Below are positions 10,901 to 34,905 of a DNA stretch of 64,000 bases, piece after piece. Numbering within the stretch: the first letter of the stretch is position 1; every line of letters begins with the position of its first letter. Source of the DNA: Hormiphora californensis (lineage: Eukaryota > Animalia > Ctenophora); NCBI GenBank assembly GCA_020137815.1, contig CM035360.1, positions 6,820,001-6,884,000 on the forward strand. The letters run 5' to 3'. The position numbers were made by a program, and so were the translations under genes. Under the pieces are notes generated by a model, which worked only from the letters and a program-made list of their open reading frames with translations, was not told where the DNA came from and made no database searches.

Positions 10901-13900
10901 ATAAGGAGGGTTAGAGTGAAAAAGTTTCTTAGAGATAAGGAGGGTCAAAGTGGAAACATTTCTTAGAGATTAGGTGGGTGAAAGTGGGAAAGTTTCTTAA
11001 AGATTAGGTGAGTCAAACTGGGAAAGATTCTTAGAGATTAGGTGGGTCAAAGTGAGAAGGTTTCTAAGAGATTAGGAGGGTCAAAGTGGAAAAGTTTCTT
11101 AGCGATTAGGAGGGTCAAAGTGGAAAAGTTTCTTAGAGATAAGGAGGGTCAAAGTGGGAAAGTTTCTTAGAGATAAGGAGGGTCAGAGTGGGAAAGTTTC
11201 TTAGAGATAAGGAGGGTCAAAGTGAAAAAGTTTCTTAGAGATAAGGAGGGTCAAAGTGGGAAAGTTTCTTAGAGATAAGGAGGGTCAAAGTGGAAAAGTT
11301 TCTTAGAGATTAGGAGGTCAGCATGATCACTACAGCAGCTAACTACCTGTGTCTGTGAACAGGAACATATCCTGATTATTATACAAGGTTGAGTATTGTT
11401 CAGAGTTCAGACCCCACTGCTGCCGTATGTAGGGAACTACACCCAGTGATGTCACACCTTCTGCTATCACCTGTGTAATGTGGTAACTGGTAACTGGTTG
11501 GTTTACTTGTAATGATATTTTGCAAGTGACTACTTCCAAAGACGAGCTTCGACAACGTCACTGTTGTTATATGTTACCTCATATCGGAACTCAGAAACTG
11601 GTACTCTGTTGCTGTTTGAGGTTTGTGTTGTTCTCCACTTGTTGTATGCTCGAACAAATGCCTCACAATACTTGTCTGGTGTTGATAAAGGGATTGAAAT
11701 AATTTGGTTAAGGATAGGTGGTAAAATAGGTAAAATTATAGAATCAATATAATATGAGGAATGAGGGTAAATACCGGTGAAAAGTGGCACCACAAGTCCA
11801 CAATCCCCGATTAGTTGATCGACCGGTTCTATCTGAGAAACAAACATGTTAATTTCACGAGCATTAATCACAGCAGTATTGTTAGTAAATAGTATTGCTC
11901 AGCCTAGTTCAGACTTCAGAAACTCATACGTGGCAGCATCTGCAGTACCTGAAAGGCGGTAGTTTTTCTCAGGGAGTATTCAACCCAAGGTTTCCAGTTG
12001 TGTTCTGCATTATACAAGTCCTCGTCAGGTAATGGTAACCCTTCAACCCTAGTCATCACCTGGGTAGAGCGGGTATGAGCTGGAATATCCTTTTTATAAG
12101 GTAAAGGTCGAGCCCGACCTCCAGTAAACAATGGGGCCATTCTTCTCGTGGTATACGTCAAATAGTCACACACACTTTCATTTTCCAACACACACTGAAA
12201 ACACTGGCACACTAAAACAATCCCAGCTCACAAGTCACACTACAAATGACACAACTCCCTAGACACACACAGACGTTCCAACTCTGATTCTCTGAGAATT
12301 ACCAACACACCCAAACACACGTGCTACTGTCTCACTGTGTAAACTGCAGATACAAGGGTGGTATCCATCCACACTAACACCCCCATCTCACTGTACCTCC
12401 CTGATATCAACCCATAGCTGGGTGTGACGTGTGATTATAGATGGTATTCATTACGTGTACAAGTCAAGGAGTCTGTACTTTGTACCTCCCTGATATCAAC
12501 CCATAGCTGGGTGTGTCAGTTCGTTAGAGGGTCAATAATTTGGTATTCATTGCAGGTGAGATTTACATAGTAATTCTTTCATGGAATAAATCAATCATAA
12601 AAGTAATACCTGTCATACGAGGACTCCTCTCCTTCCCTCTCAGTAGGAGAGTAGTCAGGGAGAACCGAGGAATGGGCCAGGAAGAGAGATCTAAAGTATC
12701 CAACAACAAACCATCCTGATGCACCACTAAAACAGGGGGTAATTACAACAAAGACCATGACCCTGTTTCTCTTTTATTTCCAGCTTGGGTTAGTTTGGGT
12801 GTAAAGCAGCAGTATGGATGGTTGGTTCATTTCTCTCTGTCTCTATCTCCCCACTCTATAGGTATAAGAATAAATCTCAAACTTACTCAACAATGTCCCA
12901 AAACTTACTCAACAATGTCCCAAACTTACTCAACAATGTCCCAGTGATCAGGTGCAGGTGTTCCATCAGGGTATCCCGCAAAGTTAACCCTCTCCCTCAG
13001 ATAATTCACCTGCAGATCAATGATACTGAGTGTCGAGCTCGTGTCTCGGACAAGACAACTAGGTGTATTAGAACCGTTACAAAAGATGTAACTTTGTACG
13101 AATGTGCAGTTTTGGCTGGAGTTCTTACTTTTTTCGTTACAATGGTTTTATTGAGAGACAGGAGTTGTTGAACCATGTCTGATCTTAGTATGGACACATC
13201 ACTGTCAATGGAGAAGAGGTGGGTACAGTCCACTCTTCTACAGGTCTCAGTTGCGTGCCTTCTTACTTCATCCTCACTTTTATCTCTGAATCATGATCCT
13301 AGTTAGTTGAAATGTACAATGCATATATCACAAATTAGAAAGTATTAGAAGAAATATGAACTGTTCAAAGTAAAGGTACAAAGTAGAGGCACTGCGAAGA
13401 AGAAAAAAGGGTATGTGATATCTGCATGATAATGTTGTGATAAGGTATGACGTACTTGGTATATTGTGGTCCTAATACCAGACCATCCAATAGCGAAGCC
13501 CCTGTAACATCCCTAATAGTATCCTGGTGCTCTGGAACAGTATTGTATACAAGATAGAAGATATCCGCCTTGTGAACACTTTGTGAGAGCAACATTGTTA
13601 ACCACTGAAAGAGACGAGAGGGGTTAAACACAATGTTTTCATAAACATTCATAAAATAGATAGATGTAAGTTGTAACAAGAAGAAGAAGAGGCTTAAAAC
13701 CAAATGTATATTATGACACACACAATTCAGCAACTATATTTACGTGTCGAAGTAGAGGGGTCCACTGCCAAATAAATCCAGCTAGAACAACTTTAACCCC
13801 ACTCTGATTAGGTTGTGATGATCTGCTCTCTTCTTCACACAGATAACATCTTCCATGCCATTTGTGGGAATCAGGCCAGTCAACCATAGCGTTAACTTGT

Positions 13901-14796
13901 GGAATATAGTTACTAAACCTGCAACAATTTCACATTTTTGTAAATTTGGTACTTGAAAGGTCGTGTGTGTACGGAAGGAAAGGTTACCCATAACCTAAAT
14001 CCTACTTGTAAGTTCTGTAACAAGTACCTGGAGAGAAGGTGCATGTTGGTAGCGGTTAGGATGCATGGTCTGGTACCAGTATCATAGTGTACCACCCTAT
14101 TATCTGGCGTCATGCCAACCCGAACTGGCTCAGTGAGACGATGGACCAGGGCCACGTTAGTAGTAATCTGTGGGTGGGCGTGATTATAATAAGAGGTGGT
14201 ATGTAATCTGTGGGTGGGTATGATTATAATAAGAGGTGGTATGTAATCTGTGTGCTAGCACATCCTGTGACCTGTGTGATTTAATTGAATTTCATACTCA
14301 GCTAAAAACTTGCTCAACCCCTCCCTCTCCCCAGTCCCTGCTGAATAAAATGTTGTATGACCAAATGACAAACCTGATCGGATAGCCCGGATAAGTATTC
14401 GCTGATTCTCTCCCACATCCCAATCAAAATAACAGGATCTAACTCGTCTGGTAGGGACGGGGGATAAATTTCAAGTTTTAACTTGAGAAAGACATTTTAA
14501 AAAATTATCTTGTTCGTAGAAAACAAAATTCTTTCCATTATATAACTGGTAGCTTATAACTTACCGTCTACGACAACTTTGTTGTGTGGAATAAGTGAAA
14601 CTATCTCTTCTTTACTACATAGATTGATAGCAAGTGGTTTTCTCAAATACACCACTGCTCCATCACGTTCCTTAGACCAATTAATTCCACTTCCTAGCCA
14701 GGTTCTTTCAGAGATCCGCAGCGTTTCAGAGCTTGGTAGTTCATGGTAGAATGACAACCCCTCAACACACAGAATCAGCGAGGTTAATAACAGCAT
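4964..14796 (-). CDS. Divergent PLOD-like (procollagen lysyl hydroxylase/glycosyltransferase-like) secretory-pathway protein, multi-exon, with frameshifts
   Basis: ATG at 14796 with signal-like MLLLTSLILCVEG and a donor after 14565. Exon pieces are colinear with PLOD: RVVHYDTGTRPCILT, EVRRHATETCRRVDCTHLFSIDSDVSILRSDMVQQLLSLNKTIV (cf. PLOD CRQDRSCTYYFSVDADV...LIQQNKNVI), SGWFVVGYFRSLFLAH (cf. VGVWNVPYISNIYLI), DLYNAEHNWKPW, VVPLFTGIYP. Last donor after 11347; candidate terminal exon at ~5047-4964, beyond the satellite. The exact exon chain is only partly resolved. Confidence 0.62.
5036..11320. repeat. 34-bp satellite array (~190 units, with 21-bp truncated units and higher-order blocks)
   Basis: Unit GGGAAAGTTTCTTAGAGATAAGGAGGGTCAAAGT (period 34, e.g. 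7021/7055). Diagnostic variants such as TTAGCCATAAGG recur at ~5821, 7281, 8191 and 8830. On the minus strand the unit reads tgaccctccttatctctaAG|aaactttccc. Confidence 0.97.
5045..5690. other. Low-quality consensus (garbled satellite)
   Basis: The same 34-bp unit is recognisable but smeared into long A/G/T homopolymer runs. Confidence 0.8.
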
Positions 14797-14851
14797 GAAC
14801 TATTTGAAAAACAAGCTATAAAATAAAGGTGAACCCAAATTATTCTTGAAT

Positions 14852-16600
14852 ATTTAGAGCAAAAACTAATTGAAATTAGTTCGCCAGAAAGGTGGCCCAT
14901 TTTGAACTTACTCCTTCATTTCCGTCACCTTTGAGTTGAGGCTTCAAAGACATTGAGGTATCCGTAAACTTTTCCGCCTTCAACTCAAAGGTGACGGAAA
15001 TGAAGGAGTAAGTTCAAAATGGGCCACCTTTCTGGCGAACTAATTTCAATTAGTTTTTGCTCTAAATTTGTACTCTTTTTTTGGTCGTTTGAGGTCATTT
15101 ATGACCTCAAACAACTAAGCTAACTGTCAACTAAAGTGTTCAAATATAATTTAAATGTATCCTGGGTTGTAGGAAACTGATTTGACGAAATTTTCAAAGT
15201 TCGACGTCGTTTTGACGTCGTGACGTCACATGTGACGTCACGACGACGTAAAAAAATTATGACAGACTATTCGGCCAATGAAGCACTAAACGTGTGATAA
15301 GTTTTAAAGGCCATGGTAGTCAAGAACTGAAGTTATTGCACGAAATGTGAGTTTTTATGTGGATTTTCACATCAAATTTTTGAGTTCCGACGCGTTTAAA
15401 AATGACAAGTTAGAGAAAATCGTGATACAGTATCAGAAAGTTCAGACAATTTGCCACTAACGATTTTTAGTCAAATCAGGAATCAGAATACGTCTTGAGG
15501 GTGTCAGAGGCGTTTGAAAATATTTGGTCTGAGATTTTTCAATGACGTCACTTTCTGACGTCATTACGCCCGTCATAGTGGACATTTTCACTCGAAACCT
15601 TAACTAATGCATGCCCCGAACGATTTGCTAACGGATAAAACTCGGTTCAAGTCTCTAGCTAGTATGGTTCGGGCTACAAGTGTTACACAGTGAAGCGTCT
15701 ATATATATCTATATATATATCTATATATCTATTAGAGCAAAAACTAATTGAAATTAGTTCGCCAGAAAGGTGGCCCATTTTGAACTTACTCCTTCATTTC
15801 CGTCACCTTTGAGTTGAGACTTCAAAGACATTGAGGTATCCTTAAACTTTTCCGCCTTCAACTCAAAGGTGACGGAAATGAAGGAGTAAGTTCAAAATGG
15901 GCCACCTTTCTGGCGAACTAATTTCAATTAGTTTTTGCTCTAAATTTGTACTCTTTTTGGTCGTTTGAGGTCATTTATGACCTCAAACAACTAAGCTATT
16001 TGTCAACTAAAGTGTTCAAATGTAATTCAAATGTACCTGGGTTGTAGGAAACTGATTTGACGAAATTTTCAAAATTCGACGTCGTTTTGACGTCGTGACG
16101 TCACATGTGACGTCACGACGACGTAAAAAAATTATGACAGACTATTCGACCAATGAAGCACTAAACGTGTGAAAAGTTTTAAAGGCCATGGTAGTCAAGA
16201 ACTGAAGTTATTGCACGAAATGTGAGTTTTGGATGTGGATTTTTATATCAAACTTTTGAGTTCCGACGCGTTTTAAGGTCTGAAAATGACAAGTTAGAAA
16301 AATTTGCGATATAGTATCTGAAAGTTCAGACAATTTGCCACTAACGATTTTCCGTCAAATCAGGAATTGGAAAATGTCTTGATGGTGCTAGAGGCGTTTG
16401 AAAATATTTGGTCTAAGATTTTTCAATGACGTCACTTTGTGACGTCATTACGCCCGTCATAGTGGACATTTTCACTTGAAACCTTAACTAATGCATGCCC
16501 CGAACGATTTCCTAACGGATAAAACTTGGTTCAAGTCTCTAGCTAGTATGGTTCAGGCTACAAGTGTTACACAGTGAAGCGTCTATAGCTATATATATAT
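14852..16600. mobile_element. Head-to-tail pair of ~878-bp non-autonomous elements (Helitron/HINE-like), each with a large terminal hairpin
   Basis: Units start at ~14854 and 15732. Each has a ~215-bp hairpin with perfect ~86-bp arms (14852-15067, 15732-15943), an internal TGACGTCA-rich palindrome and a (TA)n end. No ORF. Confidence 0.65.
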
Positions 16601-16604
16601 ATAT

Positions 16605-17198
16605 CTATCTATCGCCACACTGAATTTTCTGTTTTGGGGGTGGTGTCATAACTTGCGACCGGAATGAGCTAGCTACTTGAAATTTTTACCGTCAGTAGAG
16701 GTCTATGTGAAGCTTCTTAGTACCAAATTTAAGCCTCCTAGCTCATCTAGTTCCGGAGTTAGGAGGGGTCGAAAAGTGCCAAAATGGGCTAAAACTTCAA
16801 AATTGTTATATCTACGCTGTTGGCAAGCGGGCCCACTTTTTCGGGAAAAGTTTTAGGGGGGAGGGGATGGGGCCACCTTTGCGCTTGCCAGCGCAGTGAT
16901 ATACCTATCGCCACACTGAATTTTCTGTTTTGAGGGTGGTGTCATAACTTGCGACCGGAATAAGAATGAGCTAGCTACTTGAAATTTTTACCGTCAGTAG
17001 AGGTCTATGTGAAGCTTCTTAGTACCAAATTTCAGCCTCCTAGCTCATCTGGTTCCGGAGTTAGGAGGGGTCGAAAAGTGCCAAAATGGGCTAAAACAAA
17101 ATTGTTATATCTACGCTGTTGGCAAGCGGGCCCACTTTTTCGGGAAAAGTTTTAGGGGGGAGGGATGGGGCCACCTTTGCGCTTGCCAGCGCAGTGAT
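16605..17198 (+). mobile_element. Tandem pair of ~297-bp non-autonomous elements (Helitron/HINE-like)
   Basis: Two near-identical copies starting CTATCGCCACACTG (~16609, ~16905) and ending in a GCGC-TTGCCA-GCGC hairpin. Confidence 0.55.
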
Positions 17199-17426
17199 AC
17201 TTTCTCTTTAGCCCCAGACTAAACCTGAAAAACAGGGGCTGCACCAACTAGAAATGGGACTTCCTAATCAGTTGAGCCCAAATTTTTGTTCCTACCTCAT
17301 ACAACAGATATTGGCGGTTCTAGGTCACGTTCTAGATCTAAAACGATCTGAGCGGAGGCTGAAAGGACAGAGGACTCAATTCGTAAATCTCGCTCATTGT
17401 GAAGTTTACAGTGAGCGAATTCTATA

Positions 17427-18305
17427 CCGTGTGCGGCAAAAAAAAGCCCCCCCCCCCTAGACCACCATAGTTGCCGATGTGGTGGAGAGCTGTAACTTGG
17501 CAGGGTTGCTCCACTATGTCTATCTTGATCCTGACAGAAAAATCAGAGCTCTAGCTCAAAATTCATTTTTTTGATAGGAATGAACATTGTCATTCATTCC
17601 AAGAAAAAAATATTTTCGGTCCAGAATTCAAGCAATTATCTTTGGCCATCGATTAGCTTTCCAATGTGACCAAGATCATCTAAATTGGGCAACCACAAGA
17701 GACACAGTGTCATGTTTCTTAAAGTTAGTCAGGTCATGTGATCTTCACCGAATCGTTGATTATCCGGGATTGCTAATCGAGCCAATGGGCAGAGGAATCT
17801 CGTATCACGGCCGCTAATGAGGTATGTGTACCAATACAGGGTAATGTGATTCGAGGAAAGAGGACATTTATCAAAGAGCTACAGATCTCATGACCAATCA
17901 GCATCGTCATCCCTCATTAGTAGCCGTGATACGTGATTCTCTACCACTTAGACCGATTCGTAATACTGAACACTCAACGATTCGGTGAAGATCACATGAC
18001 CTGATTAAATTTAAGAAAGATGACACTGTGTCTCTTGTGGTTGCCCAATTTAGATGATCTTGGTCACATTGGAAAGCTAATCGATGGCCAAAGATAATTG
18101 CTTGAATTCTGGACCGAAAATATTTTTTTCTTGGAATGAATGACAATGTTCATTCCTATCAAAAAAATGAATTTTGAGCTAGAGCTCTGATTTTTCTGTC
18201 AGGATCAAGATAGACATAGTGGAGCAACCCTGCCAAGTTACAGCTCTCCACCACATCGGCAACTATGGTGGTCTAGGGGGGGGGGGCTTTTTTTGCCGCA
18301 CACGG
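17427..18305. mobile_element. Tc1/mariner-type MITE (fold-back, ~400-bp inverted arms, TA TSD)
   Basis: TA|CCGTGTGCGGCAAAAAAA...TTTTTTTGCCGCACACGG|TA; arms ~17427-17822 and ~17908-18305 are nearly identical in their outer ~320 bp. Confidence 0.85.
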
Positions 18306-19312
18306 TATGTTGAGTCTTGGGTATGAACTCTAAATCATTGGCATAGGCTGTATGCCTCTCTGAAGGGACTGAAATACATGTCAACCTCAATTTCCACTTC
18401 TGTCTTCTTTAAAAAGATTTTCACGTTTTAGAAAACCGAGCTTGAAAAAAAGTGACGAAAAAAGTGACGAATTTCAAAAAACCACGATGACGCGACGCGC
18501 AGCATGAACGCGCAAATAAATAACGCGCATCAACTAATTGAAACTGGCCACTTGAAATAGAATAGAGCTCATGTAGGCCGCGGAACATTATCAGATTTAC
18601 TTCCATGAACCTATATCATTCACGTTATTATCAGGATATATTTCCCTAATTCCCTTCCAGAGAAAAATTCCTGGGAGAATAATACGGAGAGATATACGGA
18701 TACCCATTACCCACCCGGGCCGGGGGCTCATCTTTAGATCCATGGGTATGTCCCCATGCCATTGCCAATGCAATCCTGGCCGTACGAAGACATCGTGATT
18801 ACGTAATTTAACCGCCTCCTTTATTGAAGAATTAAAAACACAAAGTTTCAAGTTGTTGGGAACATTAAAATGTAGATTAGCGTATGAAGGGTAGAAAAAT
18901 AAAAAGCACACTTTTACACACAGTACAAAAAAGTGCCCCCTCTCTAACACATAATACAGACATACATTGAGTCTTGCTATAGACTCGCTCGCCGAAGAAA
19001 GCTAGAAGATAGACTTTCTTCTTTCGAAAAGCTTTCTAGAACTAGAAGGCAGTCTCTCTATCTAGGCGTCTGTAAATATCGAGTAAAAAGGTTTCTTCCC
19101 TTTCCGTTAACAAATAATAAGTTATATATAAATTCAAGCATAGAAATCTGTGTCATAAAATAATGTATAAATTAGCTTAATATATGTTCTCTGATATCTC
19201 CTATCTGAATCAATATACCAAGTCAATTGTCGGAACAGCTATATTACACTCGCCAGCTGTGTGTGTTCAGTCTCTCCTAACCGTCAAATAATATATCCTG
19301 TCTATAGGCTCT

Positions 19313-30439
<11,127 letters not shown>

Positions 30440-30559
30440 GTTGTATATATCGATCAATAGTAAAGTATGACAGTAACTGGACGACAAGGAAATGTGCGGT
30501 ACAGATGGTGATTGTATGGAGAAGGGTCGAGAGAGAGAGGTAGTAGGGGCAGCTCTCTC

Positions 30560-30650
30560 CGCGCGTGACGTATCACGTGATCATAGTGGAGAGCGGGCAC
30601 GTGATTGGTCGAGAGAGAGCACGTGACCCGCGCCCCTATATCACGTGACA
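30560..30650 (-). promoter_or_regulatory. E-box (CACGTG) x4 plus CCAAT cluster upstream of the putative AP-2 first exon
   Basis: CACGTG at 30574, 30598, 30620 and 30642, and ATTGG at 30604, ~135-210 bp upstream of ATG 30439. Confidence 0.45.
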
Positions 30651-33468
30651 TGTGTGTCCCCTGAACGCAATCAAACCAGCTCGGCTCACCAGAAGACGGT
30701 GATCAGGAGATGTCCACCAGGTCATGTAACACCCTGACAAGTACTGGAGGCTTGTCCGCGGTGATTAGGAGATCAAAACATTATTAGGATTCTCCCAGCA
30801 GGGTGGATCTCACGTCACATTTTGTTTATTGTTGTGATTAGTACCACAATCACGTATCAGGCAGGGCGTGAGGAGCAGTGGGTTCGAGGATGGCCAGAGT
30901 ATAGGACGGAAAGGGATTCGTACTGCAGGACCCACGATCAGAAATGAAACTGTTGGTTCCTGGACGTCCATATGGGTATAACTTCTTTTCGAAAAACTTT
31001 CGAGAAATAGCTCAGAATCAACCAGTGGAACGAAACTAGGCGTTTGGTGGGGAATGCTTTGAAATTGGGACGATAAAGTTTTATTTTAGAACTCTCAACT
31101 AGGACTTCGTTTGCTTCATTGTTTTCAAGACTCCTGGATCTTTGGGGCGAATGAAGTGCAGCTGAACAATTTGTGGCTCCTAAAAGCCCATAGTAAGTCT
31201 ATAGAACCCAAGCCAACCTTATACACAACTCATTCTTCTAGTCATCATCTTTTCCTCCACTCATCTAACCCCCTCTCTTCTCTCTCTCCCCATGCTGGCC
31301 CCCTCTCTCTCTCAGTCTCCTCTCTCCCTCTTCATCTCTCTCCTCTCTTCTCCGGTTTGATGATCTGTAATACTTATCCCACCTGCACTTGTTATTAATT
31401 GAGAGCTCCAATTAGCTGTGCAGGGTATATCTGAAGTTTCACTTAGCCCTTACCACCAAACAATGATCAGCTGGGGTCAGTAAAGTGTAGAGAGAGAGGT
31501 GCACTAGAGAGGTGCAGTGAGAGAGGTGTAGTGAAGAGCGAGATATAGGTGCCGAATATTGGACAATAGAGGGATGGGGTGGGAGAGACTGTAGGGATCA
31601 GATCTCTATTGTTTGGTAGGGTGCACTATCGGCAACTCAAGTGCGTGGGACTAAGGAGCTGAAAACCAGCAACACTATTACCCATCTCTCAATACCATCA
31701 TTCTAACAACTCCCCCTCCATCCATGATAATGCTTGCTCTTTTTCCATTCACTACAGCTGGTACCTGCAGCCACTATGGTACCCTAAATAGCCGGCGTGG
31801 TGACCTAAAGCCGCGGGGCAGAGAGCGAGAAAAGAGAGAGAGAGAGAGTTTATCTGCGCCACAAAGCTTCCTCTGAACTGCTTTCAAATGAGCCTCTTAT
31901 AGAACTATTCACTCCCTCTCTCCGAGGCGGCGAGACGCCTGAGCTGTAGCTTGTGACAAATACCAGCAGCGGCTACAGCACACAGGGGGAGAGCTAAACA
32001 GTTACCATGTAGGATTGTATGGGGAGCTTGTTAGGAGATTGAAAACACTTTGAATCAGGGCACGCTTAGAAGGAGGGGGTGTGTGGGCCCTAGGGCTGGT
32101 GTTATATTGGTTACAAACACGCCCAGGTTGTATTGTAAACAAGCAAAATACACAGGTGGCATAGCATAGCACATCATCCATAGCTGCACACGCCCCGGTA
32201 CTTGGATCTATTGAAATCCTGACACCCCGATATACCCACACCCCACATCTGATATCTGTTTGGTATAAACATTGTGGGATAGCTCTCTCATTCACAGCTC
32301 TTCCCACAATAGCTATAGCACCTAAATTGTATTTGCCAATCCATCTGATCACACACCCTTTATTGTCATCATGTACTTGTGGAGAAAATATAAACATTTG
32401 ATAAAGTGAGGTGGGGAACAACTTCCGCCAACTATGACAGCTCTCATGTGACCTTGTTCCATTTTACATGCTTACATTTGTCTCATTTTTGGGGAAAACA
32501 GTTCACATCATTCGTCAAGAGTTATATACTGCTGCAAGTACCCTGAGGATTGCTTGCGTAAGTTCTCCCAAAAAAGGGGAAAAGAGAGGAGAGAGGAAGA
32601 AGAAGGAGATAAAGAGAGAGAACGAAAAAAGTGATATGGAGAAAAATTGAGAGACCTTTGAGACAAAAGGAAGAAGAGATCGAGATAGAGAGAGAGAGAG
32701 ATGAAAGGGGATAAGACCCAGGGGGAGTGGGTGGGGCTTTCCTCTGCTTTCAGGAAACTGCTATAGGCCGTATTATAATGCAAAAATGGGGATATGCCGG
32801 GTTGTTGGGAGAGAGAGCTAAAGATTGGCAGTGTGATGTATGGAAGTCCAGTCGAAGTCGGGTACAATGACTTCACACATCTACTCTATTTCTCTTCTCT
32901 CTCTCGCTCTCTCTCTCCACTCCCCCTTCTTTACATATTCTATACTCCCTACTGCTAACGAGGTCATAATTGGCGAGCCCGGGACACTGCCGTGATTCAG
33001 CGTGATCAGAGTGATTCGTCGCTTCATATAGTTGGAGTCGAGGAAGATGCAAGACCTCTTAAGTTCACTCTATCTTTCTATCTTCTCTCTATCTTTCTTT
33101 CTATCCTTCGCCTTTTCTCTCCTTTCATCTCCTCTACTCCCTCGTCGTCATGTTTTCTATCCTGTATCAGCGGTAGGACAGAACGGTCAAAGCGGTCCTG
33201 ATGTCTCTCCATACCCTTTTCTCCACCGCCCGGTTGACCCTCGAAGGGAGAAGGATAGGAATATGCACACTTATGACTCAGCATCTTAGGAATGCACAGA
33301 GCTCTCTCAGATAGAGAAGCTCACTTGAGATGCCCTCAAGGGCCTTTGCAGCACGCGACTGATATAGCTTTACAGAGGACCTAGGAGGAGGGGGCATCGG
33401 GTAAATTCGATCATATATATAACCATGCCCCCGACACACATATATATCACTCTTCGGGTAGAGAGAGA

Positions 33469-33521
<53 letters not shown>

Positions 33522-33956
33522 ATTGAGGGGCGGGTATTATATTTAGTAGCATTTCAGAAAGAAATGAACATAAGAAGAAGTAGTAGCGTGAATTGGAAAA
33601 AATAGAGAGACGAAGAGATAGTGATAGATGAAGAGACGAAGAGATAGAGATAGATGAAGAGACGAAGAGTTAGATGGACAGAAAAATAGATAAACTTAGC
33701 TCTGAAGAGCATGGAAATTAATTGATGGGATTATAGGGATAAAGAAAGAGAGGTACTACATATGAAGTGCCCGATGAAGTATCACCTTGGAACTGGTAAT
33801 CTCATTAGGAAGGAACGATAGATCATGGATAAAGATCAGAGAGCATGGTATCAACTCCTCAAGTTTACTGCGGTACTTTTTGACATTTAATTAAATCTCT
33901 TTCCAGCCGATATATATCCGTAGAACAATATCTTTACTTTCGGTTCATCTTAAAGT

Positions 33957-34469
33957 GACAAAATCTCGTATGAGGCTACTATAGGAGGCTCCTATAGGAG
34001 GCTGCTATAGTAGGTAGATACTCGTCTAGAGCTTCATTTCTACTCTAACAGCCTGTTAGAGTTTGAACCATTACAGCCTACTATAGGAGGCTCATACGAA
34101 GCTCGTCTAGAGATGATTTGGACCCTCCTATGAGGCTCCTATAGTAGCTTTTGCACGTGATCGTTGTCACGTGTGAACGAAATATGAAACGGGGACGTTG
34201 TGGAAGCCTTACATTCACACTTCACCCCCTGTTAACACGACCCATTATTTACCCCGGTATAATATTTCGTTCACACGTGACAACGATCACGTGCAATAGC
34301 TACTATAGGAGCCTCATACGACGGTCCAAATCATCTCTAGACGAGCCTCGTATGAGGCTCCTATAGGAGGCTCCTATAGTAGCCAGTTACTCGTTTAGAG
34401 TGGTCTTGCTACCTACTATAGGAGCCTCTTATAGGAGCCTACTATAGGAGCCTCATACGAGATTTTGTC
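33957..34469. mobile_element. Palindromic MITE with CTATAGGAG subterminal repeats
   Basis: TIR GACAAAATCTCGTATGAGGCT / AGCCTCATACGAGATTTTGTC; inner arms TGCACGTGATCGTTGTCACGTGTGAACGAAATAT are inverted; many short ctataggag repeats. Confidence 0.75.
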
Positions 34470-34822
34470 TCGTCTAGAAAGGCTCTTAGATCTATCATGA
34501 TACTCTTCAAATTGGTTGGTTCTTGATACAATGTCCTGATGATAACCAATTGATATCACGTGAGTTAGGACAATACAATCAGGGAGCAGGGAGCCGGTGA
34601 ACTGAAATCTCAATGGCTCGCAAAAATTGCTTGTTACCTCTTTTCATCTTCATCTTCTCTCTTTGTTCCTCTCTCTTTTGGAAGAAAGGAGGGATATAAG
34701 TATAACTAACTCCCACCTTAGAGTGGCGTGCTCGGTATGCCCTAAGGGTCGCAGTCGTGTTGGGTAGGATAATTCAATACTGAGCACCGAGAGAAGAGAC
34801 GAGAGGAGCTCTTACTGAGGAG

Positions 34823-34905
<83 letters not shown>

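Noticed and set aside
5036-11320. CRISPR-like array (34-bp period)
   Set aside because: Units are contiguous with no unique spacers, there are no cas genes, and the context is a eukaryotic intron.
11339-14155. Degenerate endogenous viral or Polinton ORF remnants
   Set aside because: The pieces are bounded by GT-AG sites and are colinear with PLOD motifs, so they are better explained as exons.
17587-18146. Inverted pair of ~78-aa genes
   Set aside because: Mirror translations of the MITE inverted arms.
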